Assembly: GCA_026770705.1 (NCBI GenBank)
Contig: JANJGN010000034.1
Location: forward strand, 13,144,001-13,208,000
DNA length: 64,000 nt
Direction: 5' to 3'
Source: Isurus oxyrinchus
Taxonomy: Eukaryota
The position numbers and the translations under genes are program-made. Under the pieces are notes generated by a model, which was not told where the DNA came from, searched no databases, and was given only the letters and a program-made list of their open reading frames with translations. The number at the start of each line of letters is the position of its first letter. Positions within the stretch are counted from its first letter, which is position 1. Shown here piece after piece: positions 11,396 through 23,569 of the stretch.

Positions 11396-13476
11396 GAGTA
11401 AAAAGGGATATTCCTCAAAATGCTCACCAGGGAAATTAAAAGTTGTTTTTTTTCCGATCACAACTTTCTAATCGCACCGTTGAATAAATCTGCTGCCATT
11501 TTTTGAGCAGTCAGTTTCCAGTATTGTCTTTGCTGCAAATCTGGGGAGGGAGCGGATGAACCAATCTTTGTCTCATCACCTCGGTCAATGTGAAATTCTT
11601 CAACTCTTCCCTCCGACTCGCAGAAACAAGGAGTTCTCTCGACAGTGGCTCAAAGAGCTCAGGCTGGAATTAAATCTCTTGGAATGAAGGCTGTGACACC
11701 CGAGGGAAAGTTCCTGCTCAAAGCCAACAGTGGTCCTTTGAGGGGTGCCCATAATGCTCCAAGGGGCTTCACTTAGACAACCCAGGAGGTCGTTTCTCAC
11801 AAGAGCTGGTGCCCCTTGCGCTTCTGCAGAGCCTCACCAGGAAACAAGCTGCTTCAAAATGGTGGGGCGTGGGTTTCCAAACCCTTGGTGCTGATGATCA
11901 CAAATGATCGGGCAACCTCTGAGCTGACGCTGAATTGGTTTTGGAAGCAGATTATAAGCAGCAGCAAGAATAACACCAGCAAGGGAGCTGTGCCAGAGGG
12001 GTTGGGGGGGGGGGGTAATGTCATTCCTACAATTCCTACTGCTTTTCCTTTGCCATATGGTCCTCTCCACTAACACGGACCACCATGCCCACCTTGTGAC
12101 CTGTCACCCCATGGACTACACACTGGAAAGTCACATCTACCTATCAGCAAATGCTTTCCTTAATTACTAGACAACAGGTCACTTCTGAAAAGGAAAGCTG
12201 TAGGTCCTCAACTTGAATTAGACTGTCCTCAGATAATTTGGGGGAGGGGGAGAGGGGGACATGTCTGCAGAAGGAGCATCAACATCAGTGAGAGCAGATC
12301 CAGAGGCCCTGGCTATGCCCTGGGGACATGGGTTCAAATCCCACCAGGCTGTCTGGTTTAGCTTGAATTCAGTTACTAAATCTGGGATGTCCAGCTGGCC
12401 TCAGTGACAGTGGCCATGAAACCATCATCATTTCTGCTGAAAACACATTTGGGGTCACCAATGTTGGTTCTGGAAGGAAATCTGCCGTCCTTATTTGGCT
12501 TGGCCCTATATGTGACTCCAGGCCCACAGCAATGTGGCTAAGTCTTAACCGCCCTCTGCAATGGCTGAGCAGGCTATTCAGTTGAAGGGCAATTGTGGCT
12601 GGGCAGCCAATGCTGGGATTGACAGCGACATTCAGGGCCCGTGAAAGACTGGTGGGTGGGGGGGGGGGGGGTAGTGGGGGTAAGTAAGAAGGCATCACTC
12701 GATGTCGACCCAGCTGCCCCATTGAAGGATGAGCTGCTGAATTGTTTACACCGAGGGCGCTGACAAGAGGAGGCCTAGGCAAAGCCTGCTGTTTGTGGCC
12801 CAGCATGCTGAGGGTGGAAATGACTCATCTCAGCAGCAAGGGACCACAGAAGAAAGGAAAGTCAGGCGCAAAGGCACCAGCCATGACCCTAGCAAGCCGG
12901 AATATCTGCACTCCCCCTGGTGGTCAAACCAGCAAGTAGCCTCTAGTAGCCAGGGAACTGAGACAATATGATTTCGAAGTAGCCGGTCTTAGTGAAGCAT
13001 GGCCAGTTGGGGTAGGTCAGTTGCATAAAGAGGAACAGCGTACACTTTCTCTTATAGTGGGGGGGGAGGGGGGGGGGGCGTTGGTTCTACCTCCACTTGA
13101 TAGTATAGGGGCAGGAGACGCTATCTCCATCAGGAGAGAGATTACAAAGGATCTGGGAAACCTTTCCAAGCCCACCAAATAACTCCTGATGAGTGGACCA
13201 GCTTGCCCCTGCAAGAATACCTCCCACGTGCTCCCACAGGCACTAACCGTGGTGACGTACTCACCATGCGCAAAGCCCACGGCCAATCAAAGGGAGCTGA
13301 CCCCGCGGCCGCCCCGGACAATTCCAACGTAGGGTCGCCAAAGGGTAAACGCCCAAGATGCAGGTCAATGTGTTACACAGGAAACCCCCACCCCCCCGCG
13401 AGGGAAGAGAGGTAGACACAGCTACACCATATTGTGATGGGGACGGGAATGAATCACTCTGACACAGTGATCAGGT

Positions 13477-14300
13477 TTGAAAACAAAGAAAACTGCGGAT
13501 GCTGGAAATCTAAAACAAAAACAGAATTACCTGGAAAAACTCAGCAGGTCTGGCAGCATCGGCGGAGAAGAAAAGAGTTGACGTTTCGAGTCCTCATGAC
13601 CCTTCGACAGAACTTGATTTCGAGTCCAGGAAAGAGTTGAAATATAAGCTGGTTTAAGGTGTGTGGCGGGGGGGGGGGGGGGGGGGGAAGGAGAGAGAGA
13701 GAGAGACAGAGGTGCTTGTGTAGACAAACAAGCAGTGATAGAAGCAGATCATCAAAAGATGACAGTAACAATGGTGCAAAAGAACACATAGGTGTTAAAG
13801 TTAAAGTTGGTGATATTATCTAAACGAATGTGCTAATTAAGAATGGATGGTAGGGCACTCAAGGTACAGCTCTAGTGGGGGTGGGGGGAGCATAAAGGAT
13901 TTTAAAATATTAAAAATAATGGAAATAGGTGGGAAAAGAAAAATCTATAAAATTTATAGGGAAAAAAAAGGGGGAAAAAAGGGGGAAACAGAAAGGGGGT
14001 GGGGATGGGGGAGGGAGCTCACGACCTAAAGTTATTGAATTCAATATTCAGACCGGAAGGCTGTAAGGTGCCTAGTCGGAAGATGAGGTGTTGTTCCTCC
14101 AGTTTGCGTTGGGCTTCACTGGAACAATGCAGCAAGCCAAGGACAGACATGTGGGCAAGAGAGCAGGGTGGAGTGTTAAAATGGCAAGCGACAGGGAGGT
14201 TTGGGTCATTCTTGCGGACAGACCGCAGGTGTTCTGCAAAGCGGTCGCCCAGTTTACGTTTGGTCTCTCCAATGTAGAGGAGACCACATTGGGAGCAACG
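13477..14300 (-). mobile_element. 5'-truncated Penelope-like element (GIY-YIG C-terminus + pLTR)
   Basis: CSQCGLLYIGETKRKLGDRFAEHLRSV...PVACHFN...GLNIEFNNF* is a GIY-YIG endonuclease C-terminus. 11-bp TSD agtgatcaggt at 13466-13476 and 14301-14311. Confidence 0.92.
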
Positions 14301-15653
14301 AGTGATCAGGTCCCTGCCACAATAGACAATCATTAACTAATAATGAATGCCTGTACGCCGTACATGCCACCGAATATATTTTCCTCTGAAAGTTCAAACA
14401 ACAGTCAAACGGTTGAAATTAATTCTGGTAGAAAAGTCTTAATATTTGACATTTGACATAATAGACTATGGATTTGACGTTGTACAACAAAGCATAATAC
14501 TAATATTATCAGTAATAATACACCCTTTCTCTTAGCGGAGAAGAAATTTACCAGGGGGGTATTTTAAGTCATAGAAGCAAGATTGGAGGGGAGTTGAGTT
14601 GGAGGGCGGTGGGAGTCTGAAATTCACCGGCTAAAATCGTGCTCGAAGCAAAAGCCCTAATCACATTTTTTTTTAAAAAAATAAGTACTTGGGTATTCGC
14701 TTGAAGTGCTGCATCCTTCGAGGCTATGGACAAAGTGCTGGAACGTGGGGTGAGGTTGAATAGCTGTTCCTCGGGCAGCACAGCCACGATGGGTCGAATG
14801 GCCTCCTTCTGTGCTATAAATGTATCATACCAACGCGCGAACATACGAACAAGGGGCAGGAGGAGGCCATTCGGCCCCTCTCGATCCTGCTCCGCCATTT
14901 AATAAGATCATGGCTGACCTGATAGTAACCTGAAAACTGCATCCCGCCTACCCCCGAGAGCCTACCAGCCCCCCCACCCCCCCCCCCCCCCCCCCCCCCC
15001 CCCCACCCCCGGCCTTGCTTATAAAGAATCGATCCACCTCTGCGTTAAAAAATATTCAAAGACTCTGCTTCCACCGCCTTTTCGGGGAGACAGTTCCAAA
15101 GACTCGCGAGCTTCTGAGAGAGACAACATTTCCCCTCATCTCTGTATTAAATGGCTGTGATTTTGTGCTAAGCAAACTGGTTCATTCCCGATTAATTAGA
15201 TGATCCTAATTGCATCTCTGTGACATTTTTACAAGATGCGCCCAGGGATGTGGGCTTAGAACCGCCCCGCCCCGCTACCCCCCCCCCTCCCCTCCCCCAC
15301 CCACAACCCATGCCGACTGCATTCGGAACCCGAATGACCAATGCCCCTCGAATTCAGTCCGGAGCACAAAAACATTAAAGTGTTATCACCTTCACCCAGG
15401 GGAATCGTGTTTGTTTGTGGTACTGAAGGGAATAAAATGCAAACTCGATAAATCCAGCGCTGTTGCACAAATCTTCAAGCTATGAACGGCAATGGGGTGG
15501 GTGGAGGGGATCCACTTGAATTCTCATGTTTTCAGCCGAATCGAGAGTACATTACGACACAGGGCGACATGTCAGCGGGCCTGGCTCCCTTGGAAGTGAG
15601 AACTGAAGGTCAGCCACACATCGCCGACCGATACACCAAAAGGTGCAATATAT

Positions 15654-15788
15654 CTATGTCTGTTTGACGATGCCGTACACAATGCCGTCTGGCTCAATAT
15701 TATCTTCACGGGGGCATTTCCTCTTCGTGGTATCTCCTACCTTCTGCTGCTGTATGTCGAGCGACGCATACACGATCTCACGGTGACC
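15654..15788 (-). CDS. TIGIT/PVRIG-like inhibitory Ig receptor, terminal coding exon with two ITIMs
   Basis: Acceptor gctttgtttcaacag|, phase 0. GHREIVYASLDIQQQKVGDTTKRKCPREDNIEPDGIVYGIVKQT* (TAG 15654-15656). IVYASL and IVYGIV both fit [ILVS]xYxx[LV]. Confidence 0.88.
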   Translation of the reverse strand, partial: GHREIVYASLDIQQQKVGDTTKRKCPREDNIEPDGIVYGIVKQT

Positions 15789-15967
15789 CTGTTGAAACAA
15801 AGCATGTTTCACCGCGTTGATTTCTTTTCAACGACAGATACTATGGCTTCTCTCAAATTGACCCCCACGCATTACGGAAGAATACAGGCATGTCTGCAGG
15901 TAAGAGCAGCATGGCTGTTCCGGTTTGATACGCAGGAGTTGTGGCCTGAAGCGAAGCTCTGCAAGAT

Positions 15968-16556
15968 ATGTATCGAACGCTAGTCAGGCCACAGCTGGAG
16001 TACTGTGTGCAGTTCTGGTCGCCACATTATAGGAAGGAGGTGATTGCACTGGAGGGGGTGCAGAGGAGATTCACCAGGATGTTGCCTGGGCTGGAACGTT
16101 TCAGCTATGAAGAGAGACTGGATAGGCTGGGGTTGTTTTCCTTAGAGCAGAGGAGGCTGAGGGGAGACCTGATTGAGGTATACAAAATTATGAGGGGGAT
16201 AGATAGGGCAGATAGGAAGAAACATTTTCCCTTAGTGGAGGGGGGTGGGGAGGGGGATGGGGGGGGCGGGTAGGCATCGATTTAAGGTAAGGGGCAGGAG
16301 GTTTAGAGGGGATTTGAGGATTTTTTTTTCACCCAGAGGGTGGTTGGAATCTAGAACTCACTGCCTGAGGGGGTGGGAGAGGCAGGAACCCTCACAACAT
16401 TTAAGAGGTGTTTAGATGAGCGCTTGAAACACCATAGCATACAGGGCTACGGGCCAGGAGCTGGAAAATAGGATTAGAATAGACGGGCGCTTGGTGGCCG
16501 GAGCGGAAACGATGGGCTGAAGGGCCTGTTTCTGTGCTGCCTAACTCTATGACTGT
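15968..16556 (+). mobile_element. CR1 LINE 3' end (in the last intron of the Ig receptor gene)
   Basis: YRTLVRPQLEYCVQFWSPHYRK...LEGVQRRFTRMLPGL...RRLRGDLIEVYKIM, followed by a CR1-type 3' UTR. Confidence 0.9.
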
Positions 16557-16955
16557 AAGTTTTTTTTTAAAAATGGAAGAGAGGCTCTCATTTCAAAACC
16601 ACAGGAGGTGCCAAAGCGTCTTCCAATGAAAGGTACACTTCCAAGTATTGTCAAGGGTGCAATTTGGGAAAAGCTGCAGCCAATCCATACTCAGTAAACA
16701 GTAAACATGATAATGTCAGAGAGTCATTTCCTTATTGTGACCTGGATTGGGGGCTATAAGTTAGCTAGGACACAGGAGATAGCGTCCTTGCTCACTAAAG
16801 GCATATTGGCAATGGGTTCTTTTGCAACCACGTAAGAGAACAGAAGTGACCTTGGTTTAATGTCAAAAGCAGCTCATTGTTTTAATCCTCACTCAGAACG
16901 GTAACAAACGATGCCCCGATTACCCGTGCGATCAAAGGCTTTTTGAATGACCTAC

Positions 16956-16993
16956 CTCGTCCGTTTCCTTCTTGGAAGCTTCGCTTTCCGGGG
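16956..16993 (-). CDS. TIGIT/PVRIG-like inhibitory Ig receptor, 38-nt cytoplasmic linker exon
   Basis: ttctttccctctcggtctag|CCCCGGAAAGC...ACGGACGAG|gtaggt. Phase 1-0, APESEASKKETDE. Bridges the phase-1 TM exon exactly to the phase-0 last exon. Confidence 0.78.
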
Positions 16994-17226
16994 CTAGACC
17001 GAGAGGGAAAGAATATCAAGAGGGTGGTTAGTCACTGGTGAATCCATGAGGTCAAAGTGCTCCCCTTCTGAATATAAATCTGTGCACACACTAACACCCG
17101 TGTGTGCAAGGAGCCGTTCTCAGCGTCCATGCAGTCCACCCACTACCTATGATAGACCTCCCTACCTGCAGCACTTAGCAACATGATGTGCATGACAACT
17201 CATTATCTTTCTCAGGATAATTTTAC

Positions 17227-17244
17227 CTCTGTGGGTCGACCCAT
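17227..17244 (-). CDS. Candidate 18-nt symmetric micro-exon (DGSTHR) of the Ig receptor cytoplasmic tail
   Basis: gttgtctgttag|ATGGGTCGACCCACAGAG|gtaaaa. Phase 1-1 and frame-preserving between the TM and linker exons; supported by splice signals only. Confidence 0.4.
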
Positions 17245-17344
17245 CTAACAGACAACATTTTAGATCTAGCTAGCTAGTGAGGCTTTTAGCAATTTTTTTA
17301 ATCTGTTTAACTAGTTAGATAAAGTTTTGAATAAGAGCCGAGAA

Positions 17345-17744
17345 NNNNNNNNNNNNNNNNNNNNNNNNNNNNNNNNNNNNNNNNNNNNNNNNNNNNNNNN
17401 NNNNNNNNNNNNNNNNNNNNNNNNNNNNNNNNNNNNNNNNNNNNNNNNNNNNNNNNNNNNNNNNNNNNNNNNNNNNNNNNNNNNNNNNNNNNNNNNNNNN
17501 NNNNNNNNNNNNNNNNNNNNNNNNNNNNNNNNNNNNNNNNNNNNNNNNNNNNNNNNNNNNNNNNNNNNNNNNNNNNNNNNNNNNNNNNNNNNNNNNNNNN
17601 NNNNNNNNNNNNNNNNNNNNNNNNNNNNNNNNNNNNNNNNNNNNNNNNNNNNNNNNNNNNNNNNNNNNNNNNNNNNNNNNNNNNNNNNNNNNNNNNNNNN
17701 NNNNNNNNNNNNNNNNNNNNNNNNNNNNNNNNNNNNNNNNNNNN
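17345..17744. other. Assembly gap (400 N) in the Ig receptor intron 3, probably a collapsed microsatellite
   Basis: N run flanked on the right by (TCCA)n-like sequence. Confidence 0.95.
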
Positions 17745-18248
17745 TCCCTCTGTGCGTCCGTCCATCCATCCATCAATATCTACCTATTAGCATTTATCAA
17801 ATCTATTTAAGTATCCATTGACCATATATCCGCCTTTCTGTCTGTCAGTCAACCCTGCTATGTTAGGATTATGTCTGGGCTTGTGTGTGAAGGGGCTGTA
17901 CTGTGTCAGAAGCACAGTGTGACATCTTAAGTACAGACAGGTATTATCAATCATTGTGGAAACTAGTCACTTTTATCCTGATTTACATATCAATAGAATT
18001 GATTTCTCTAAGATGCAAAACGTGAACAGTGTGTTCTGCAGGTAGAGGTGTGTCAGAAACGGGAATTTTGTCATTATTCACCAAACTAGGAAAGGAAAAC
18101 GTCATTTGGCAGATTACAGTCCAATGAATGTTGAAAACTATCAATGTTCTCGGTGCGCTCTCAGTGCAGAGTTCAGCGGCTGTGTTGGGGAGGCTGCCAG
18201 TCATTGGTGCAAGCCGAGGTCATAGTGCATTTGTAAAGGTCAAGTTAC

Positions 18249-18368
18249 CTTTCAGCTGTTGGCTCTTCCAACTTAGAAATGTGCGTGTTGCCAACAACAT
18301 TCCCAGCAGCAAAATAAGGCTCATCACCGCAAGGATGATATATTTCCTGCATGTTATCGGCATAGCAT
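18249..18368 (-). CDS. TIGIT/PVRIG-like inhibitory Ig receptor, exon 3 (short stalk + transmembrane helix)
   Basis: Acceptor ttccctctcacag|, donor AAAG|gtaact, 120 nt, phase 1-1. Reads DAMPITCRK-YIILAVMSLILLLGMLLA-TRTFLSWKSQQLK, with an uncharged hydrophobic core. Confidence 0.82.
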
Positions 18369-19770
18369 CTGTGAGAGGGAACATATTTCCAACAGGTGAA
18401 AGGAAATTCATTGTAGGATCCCTGTAGCATCACTGTTGCTCTTACTGTAACATTGCTTATCATCATTATTCTCATCAACATGCCCCACACCATGGGAGAA
18501 ATATATAGTGTACCTTGTGGATAATCTTGCCTCGTCAAAGTTATATATGGCACTCCTTCTGTTTAGTTCTTAATTTCTATAAGTTGTTTCACAGCTCGCT
18601 TCACTCTGAACAGAATTGATCCTGCCCTCAAACTTTTAACTACTTCATCTTTTTGCAGAGCTGTAAGAGTTTCAACAATTTCCCATTTTTACTTCCCTTT
18701 TGCTTCTAAATAGATTACCTGGGTTGAATTGGAATTTATTTATAGGTCCACCATTTCCGTTAATACAGCAACTTGCAGTCCCACGACCGCTACCATCTGG
18801 AAGGACAAGGGCACCAGACACATTGGAACACCGCCAACTCCAAGTTCCCCTCGCAATCACACGCCATCCTGACTTGGAAATATATCGGCCGTTCCTTCAC
18901 TGTCGCTGGGTCAATATCCTGGAATTCCCTCCCTAACAGCACTGCGGGTATACGTACACCACATGGACTGCAGCGGTTCAAGAAGGCAGCTCACCTCCAC
19001 CTTCTCAAGGGACAATTAGGGATGGGCAATAAATGCTGGCTGAGCCAGCGAAGCCTACAGCCCATGAAAGAATAACAGAAATATCAAATTGGGTAGGCTT
19101 GTTAAACTCCAAAGTGTGTTAACTGATCCTACACTGTTGGTGCAAGTTGGAATTAAATCATCGAACTTCAACATTTGTCCCATCAACATTGTTCGATTGA
19201 GTACATGTCTGAGTATATCTCAGGGCCCTTGAATTGATTTTTCAAATGTGTACATCTTCACGCTTTTGAGGGTTCCCCCCCCCCACCCCTTTCATGTGCT
19301 TTTGTCTCCTTAAGCTGTTAGCTTCTGAGGGAAGGGGGTTACCATGTATCCACATTGCTCAGTCTACCTGTGCTACCAGCTGTTATCAGCAGGTTACCAC
19401 ACAGTGGAAGCCCTCAATTTGACAACCTCAATGCAACTTCGAGGCAGGGAACTGTTGTACATATCCAGAACCACTAAGGTCAATTATGGCAGACCAGCCA
19501 ATACAAATTTGCCTGAGTATGGAACTCTGATTGAACATGTAATATTTTGGGGGCTTTTCGAAACCTCTCTAATCAGGTCCTGCCACTGCCATGCCACTGA
19601 CATGGATTTGATTGGAATTGTAAGTGAAATCCTTGAGGGGAATCTATCTCCCCACATCTTTCTAGATGTGCATGTGCAACATTTGCACCTCTCTAAACCT
19701 TCTCTCCCATTGACCCATTGAGCTGGTATCACAGAAGTATAATAATTCCCATAACATTATTGTGACTTAT

Positions 19771-19806
19771 TGTAAGAAGTAGGTTAATGGTGGGGTTTGG
19801 ACTTCT

Positions 19807-19844
<38 letters not shown>

Positions 19845-20644
19845 TGGGGGTGGGGGTGAAGGGGGTGAGGGATTTAATTGAATTGGAGGCAGCTGGTATG
19901 GAGGCTTTGACTCATCAAAAGAAGCTAGGTTTGAAATGCTAAATGCATAAACATGGCAAAAGTCTTAGAATGTAAGGCGAGGAGAATTTGCATTATTAGA
20001 TAAATCGGGGCAGTTTGAATTTCAAAGAGATGGTAGGCCCAGCAGTGTGTTTATTTTTCTCAAAGGTTACACACAGTATTAGCACCATTAGCAATAATTT
20101 ATACTATGAGAATAATAAGGTTCCAAAGACATATGGAAACAATGGAATTTACATTAAATGAGAGAAACATGGATAAAGGAGAATAATGCTATGTGTCAGG
20201 GGACGCAATGTAAGATCTAACAGAAGTGTGAGAAGCCTCCAGTATTTGTACATTAAGCTGCTGTCTACATAAACTGAAGCTGGGAGAAGCCACTTTGAAT
20301 TCTACTGTCCAGGGTATTGTGTTGACTTGCCTGGATCTATTTAAAATCTTTTTTATACTGTTGCTTTAATGGGGGTGTGACTGGAAGCTAGATTAATTAG
20401 GGATTTAAGGAATTATTATAGTAGTAACTTGTAGACCTATGTATGTGCTTGAAATCTTTATTTTGTTAATAAATATTTAATTTAGTTTTTTTTTAAATCT
20501 CTGAAGTCTTGGTGGACTTATTACTTCTGAATTCAGGGCAGGCATTTCAAACTAAATACAAACTGCAGAACTGTTGTGATAGCGTAATCAAGTTATCTCA
20601 TGGATTTGATCTGCTCGGCACACATTATCTGCCATATCAAAACA
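19771..20644 (+). mobile_element. Solo-LTR-like element
   Basis: TGT...ACA termini and an internal aataaatatttaattt block. Homologous to 21142-22532 and, in reverse, to ~30075-30832. Confidence 0.55.
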
Positions 20645-21141
20645 GTGGGCTTGCATCGCATGGTTCCAATTCTCAGTATCCAGCTCTATCTTGACAATTT
20701 CTATCAATGGCTTCCCTTTCAACAGCTGCACCATTCCCTCTGGAGTTCCCCATCCCATACCACCACCCCCCCCCCCCCCCACCACTCCCCACCCCACCCC
20801 CACCCCCACCAAAAGAACTTTCATTGTCTCCCTTATTATTCATGCATTTTCCAGCCTTCAGCACCATCAAAGGTGCTTTGGAAAAGTAAGCTGTCATTGT
20901 TGAAGTGTTATCAATACATTCTCTTGCTACCACATTGCTGTGTTCCCTTGTTCAACAGGGAAGTGTGATCTGCATGTTGTGGTATTTTCAAACATGGTGA
21001 CCAATGTGGACGTTTTCAGTCTGGAACCATCTGCTTTTCAGGAAGTCCCCAGGAAGCAGCAAAAAAATTGTGCCGAATTTCAGCAGGATGTTAACCTCTT
21101 GAGGGAAGTATAATAATTTTAATAATATTTTTCTGGTTTAT

Positions 21142-22532
21142 TGTGAAGTAGGTTTATGGGGGTAAGTAGGGTTGGGTCTGTCTGTGTGATTTAATTACAT
21201 TTGGTGTCAAGTAGACTGCAAGCTTGAAATCATCAAAAAAAAAAGCTAGATGCTTAACATGCTAATGAGTAAAGATGGATGCTGGCTTAGCACGAAGGGA
21301 ATTAGCCCTTATCTAAGGAAAGATGTACCAACACTGGAGGCAGTCCAGAAAAGTTTCACTAGGCTGATTCCAGGTATGGAGGGATTTTCTTATGAGGAGA
21401 GGTTGAGTAGGTTGGGCCTGTACTCATTGGAGTTTAGAAGAATGAGAGGCAACCTTATTGAAACATATAAGATTCTGAGGGGGCTTGACAGAGTAAATGC
21501 TGAGAGGTTGTTTTCCCTTGTGGGAGAGTCTAGGACCAGAGGGCATAATCTCAGAGTAAGGGGTCACCCATTTAAGACAGAGATGAAGAGGAATTTCTTC
21601 TCTCAGAAGGTAGTCAATCTGTGAAATTCTTTACTGCAGAGGGCTGTAGAGCCTGGGTTGCTAAGTATATTCAAGGCTGAGGTAGACAAATTTTTCACCA
21701 GTAAGGGAATCAAAGGTTATGGGGAAAAGACAGGAAAATGGAGTTGAGGATTATCAGATCAGCCAGACTCGATGGGCTGAATGGCCTACTTCTGCCCCTA
21801 TGTTTTATGATCTTATGGTCTAAATGAAGGGATTATTTGGATTTCAAAAGGATCTTAGTCTGTTTCCAACTAGCCAGATAAGCAAGGCTAAGGAGTGTGT
21901 TTATTTTTCCCAAAGGCACTGACAATATTGGCAACATGAAAGTTTTATATTACCAAGAAGAAACAATTTCAAAGACATATGGAGCAATAGAATTTATGTA
22001 TTAAAAGAGAGAAACATATATGAAGGAGAATGAAAGGCTTTGTGGGAGAAGGCCATGTAAGATCTAACAGGAGTTTGTGAAATAGCTTTAATGATGCCTC
22101 CAGCATTTTGCATAAGTCTGCCATACAATGAAACTGAATTTGGGGAAAAACCATTTGGAATTCCACTGTCAAGTGGGTATTGTGTTAATTTGCTGGTTCT
22201 GTTTTAAATCTAAAATCTTTTTTGGACTGCTTTCTTAAAGGGAGTGTGTAACTGGGGGTCATGTCAAATAGGAATTTTAGGAGTTATTATACTCATAAGT
22301 AATTGTAGTCTTATGTTTGTACTTGAAGTCTTTTATTTTGTTGATAAATATTTTAATTTAATTTTCTAAATCTCTCAAGGTCTTGGTGGACTCATTACTT
22401 CTTGATTCAGTGCAAACATTTTCTGGTAATGAATACTTTTATAAATAAATTTCAAAACCATTGTGATAGCGTGACCAGGCTTCCCTTGTAGGTTTGGTCC
22501 ACATGGCACACATCATCTGCTATGTCACAACA
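21142..22532 (+). mobile_element. Solo-LTR-like element (same family, CR1 nested)
   Basis: Collinear similarity with 19771-20644 from tgtgaagtagg to gcacacatcatctgctatgtcacaaca. Confidence 0.55.
21303..21820 (+). mobile_element. CR1 LINE 3' end nested in a solo-LTR-like element
   Basis: PYLRKDV..LEAVQKSFTRLIPGM...RTRGHNLRVRG...RNFFSQKVVNL. Confidence 0.88.
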
Positions 22533-23221
22533 GTATGGCCTGATTTAGTTACTCCCATTCGGGTAGAGTTGAACACACACATTCACAATTGTGTCAGCAA
22601 GGTACATTTGTCCTCATCCAACTGAGATAGCCTGATCTTTTTGAAGCATTGTAACCTTTTTCAAAAGCAAATTCTTCCATGAGGTGTGAGTGTTGTTGGA
22701 AATACCAGTGCAGGACTGAGGGAGTGATGCATGTTGGATGAGAGGTTAAACTGAAGGCCCATCATCTAGCTTGGCTGGGCAGAAAAGGCCCCATGGAACT
22801 AATCTGAAGAAGATGGGGGCCACAGCCCGAATTGCACTTGAGACGGTGGTGATGGGCCGCCTTCTTCAACCACTCCAGTCCTGCAGCCCTGGTTTTTTAG
22901 TACGACCGAGTGCCCATTTCATTTGCTGTGGATCTGGAGTCACATGTAGGCCAGGCCAGGTAAGGATAGCAGCAAAACCAGATGGATTTTCACCACATTC
23001 CATGATCCTTTCATGGCCATCATTACTAATACTACTTTTAGTGCCAGATTTAGGAGTCTGATTTAATTAATGAATTTAATTTCAATTCCATCAGCTGGCA
23101 TTTAAACCTCTGACCACACAGCCATCAGCCCAGGCCTCTGGTTTCACCAGTTCAGTGATACTACCATGATACCACAGTCATCCTGCATCGTGATGTCGAG
23201 GGTTTCTTTTTGTTAACCTAC

Positions 23222-23569
23222 CTGAAATGTTCAGTTTTGTTTTGCTGGAAAAGATTCCCTTGGGAAACGTTGTCCAGGAACAGGTGTAAATGCCCGAGTC
23301 GCTTTTGCTGGAGTTGTTTATCATAAGCGTGGCGTCCTGTTGAGAAGGGCGCCTGAAGTGGATGCGACTGGAGTTGGTCTCCCCTGGGTAACTTGTTCCG
23401 AGCCGGGGATGGTACACAGCCAGGTCTGCCTTCTTGGCAGGACTGCTCCAGGCGACACTCACCACTTCCACACCTGGGTCGGAAATGGTGACGGAGCATG
23501 GAAGGATCACCACCTGTCCCTTATAGCCCGTCACAGACAGCGATGTGTGTACCGTCACTGCACAGTGAA
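23222..23569 (-). CDS. TIGIT/PVRIG-like inhibitory Ig receptor, exon 2 (nectin/PVR-family IgV domain)
   Basis: Acceptor tttactttccag|, donor TCAG|gtaggt, 348 nt, phase 1-1. Translation has the B-strand Cys (VILPC), C-strand Trp (VSVAW) and DSGIYTC, plus the PVR-family motifs AX6G (AVYHPRLG) and TFPxG (TFPKG). Confidence 0.93.

Noticed and set aside
10304-11461. Long His/Thr- or Cys/Val-rich ORFs and X-containing ORFs (also 17307-17821, 6310-6667, 25610-25938)
   Set aside because: Translations of microsatellites and N gaps.
15838-15899. Plus-strand exon-like segment (acag|ATACTATGG...CTGCAG|gtaaga)
   Set aside because: Good-looking splice sites, but no recognisable protein or partner exons, and it is antisense to the receptor's last intron.
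18245-18553. ORF with ITIM-like VPYITL as the receptor's cytoplasmic exon (superficially like PVRIG)
   Set aside because: It lies upstream of and overlaps the TM exon in another frame, is preceded by an in-frame stop, and has no phase-consistent splice path. The five-exon model is stop-free without it.
18718-19128. Alternative TM exon (GSVNTLWSLTSLPNLIFLL...) disrupted by a LINE fragment
   Set aside because: Weak acceptor and poor hydrophobicity; it needs frameshifts. 18249-18368 is a clean alternative.
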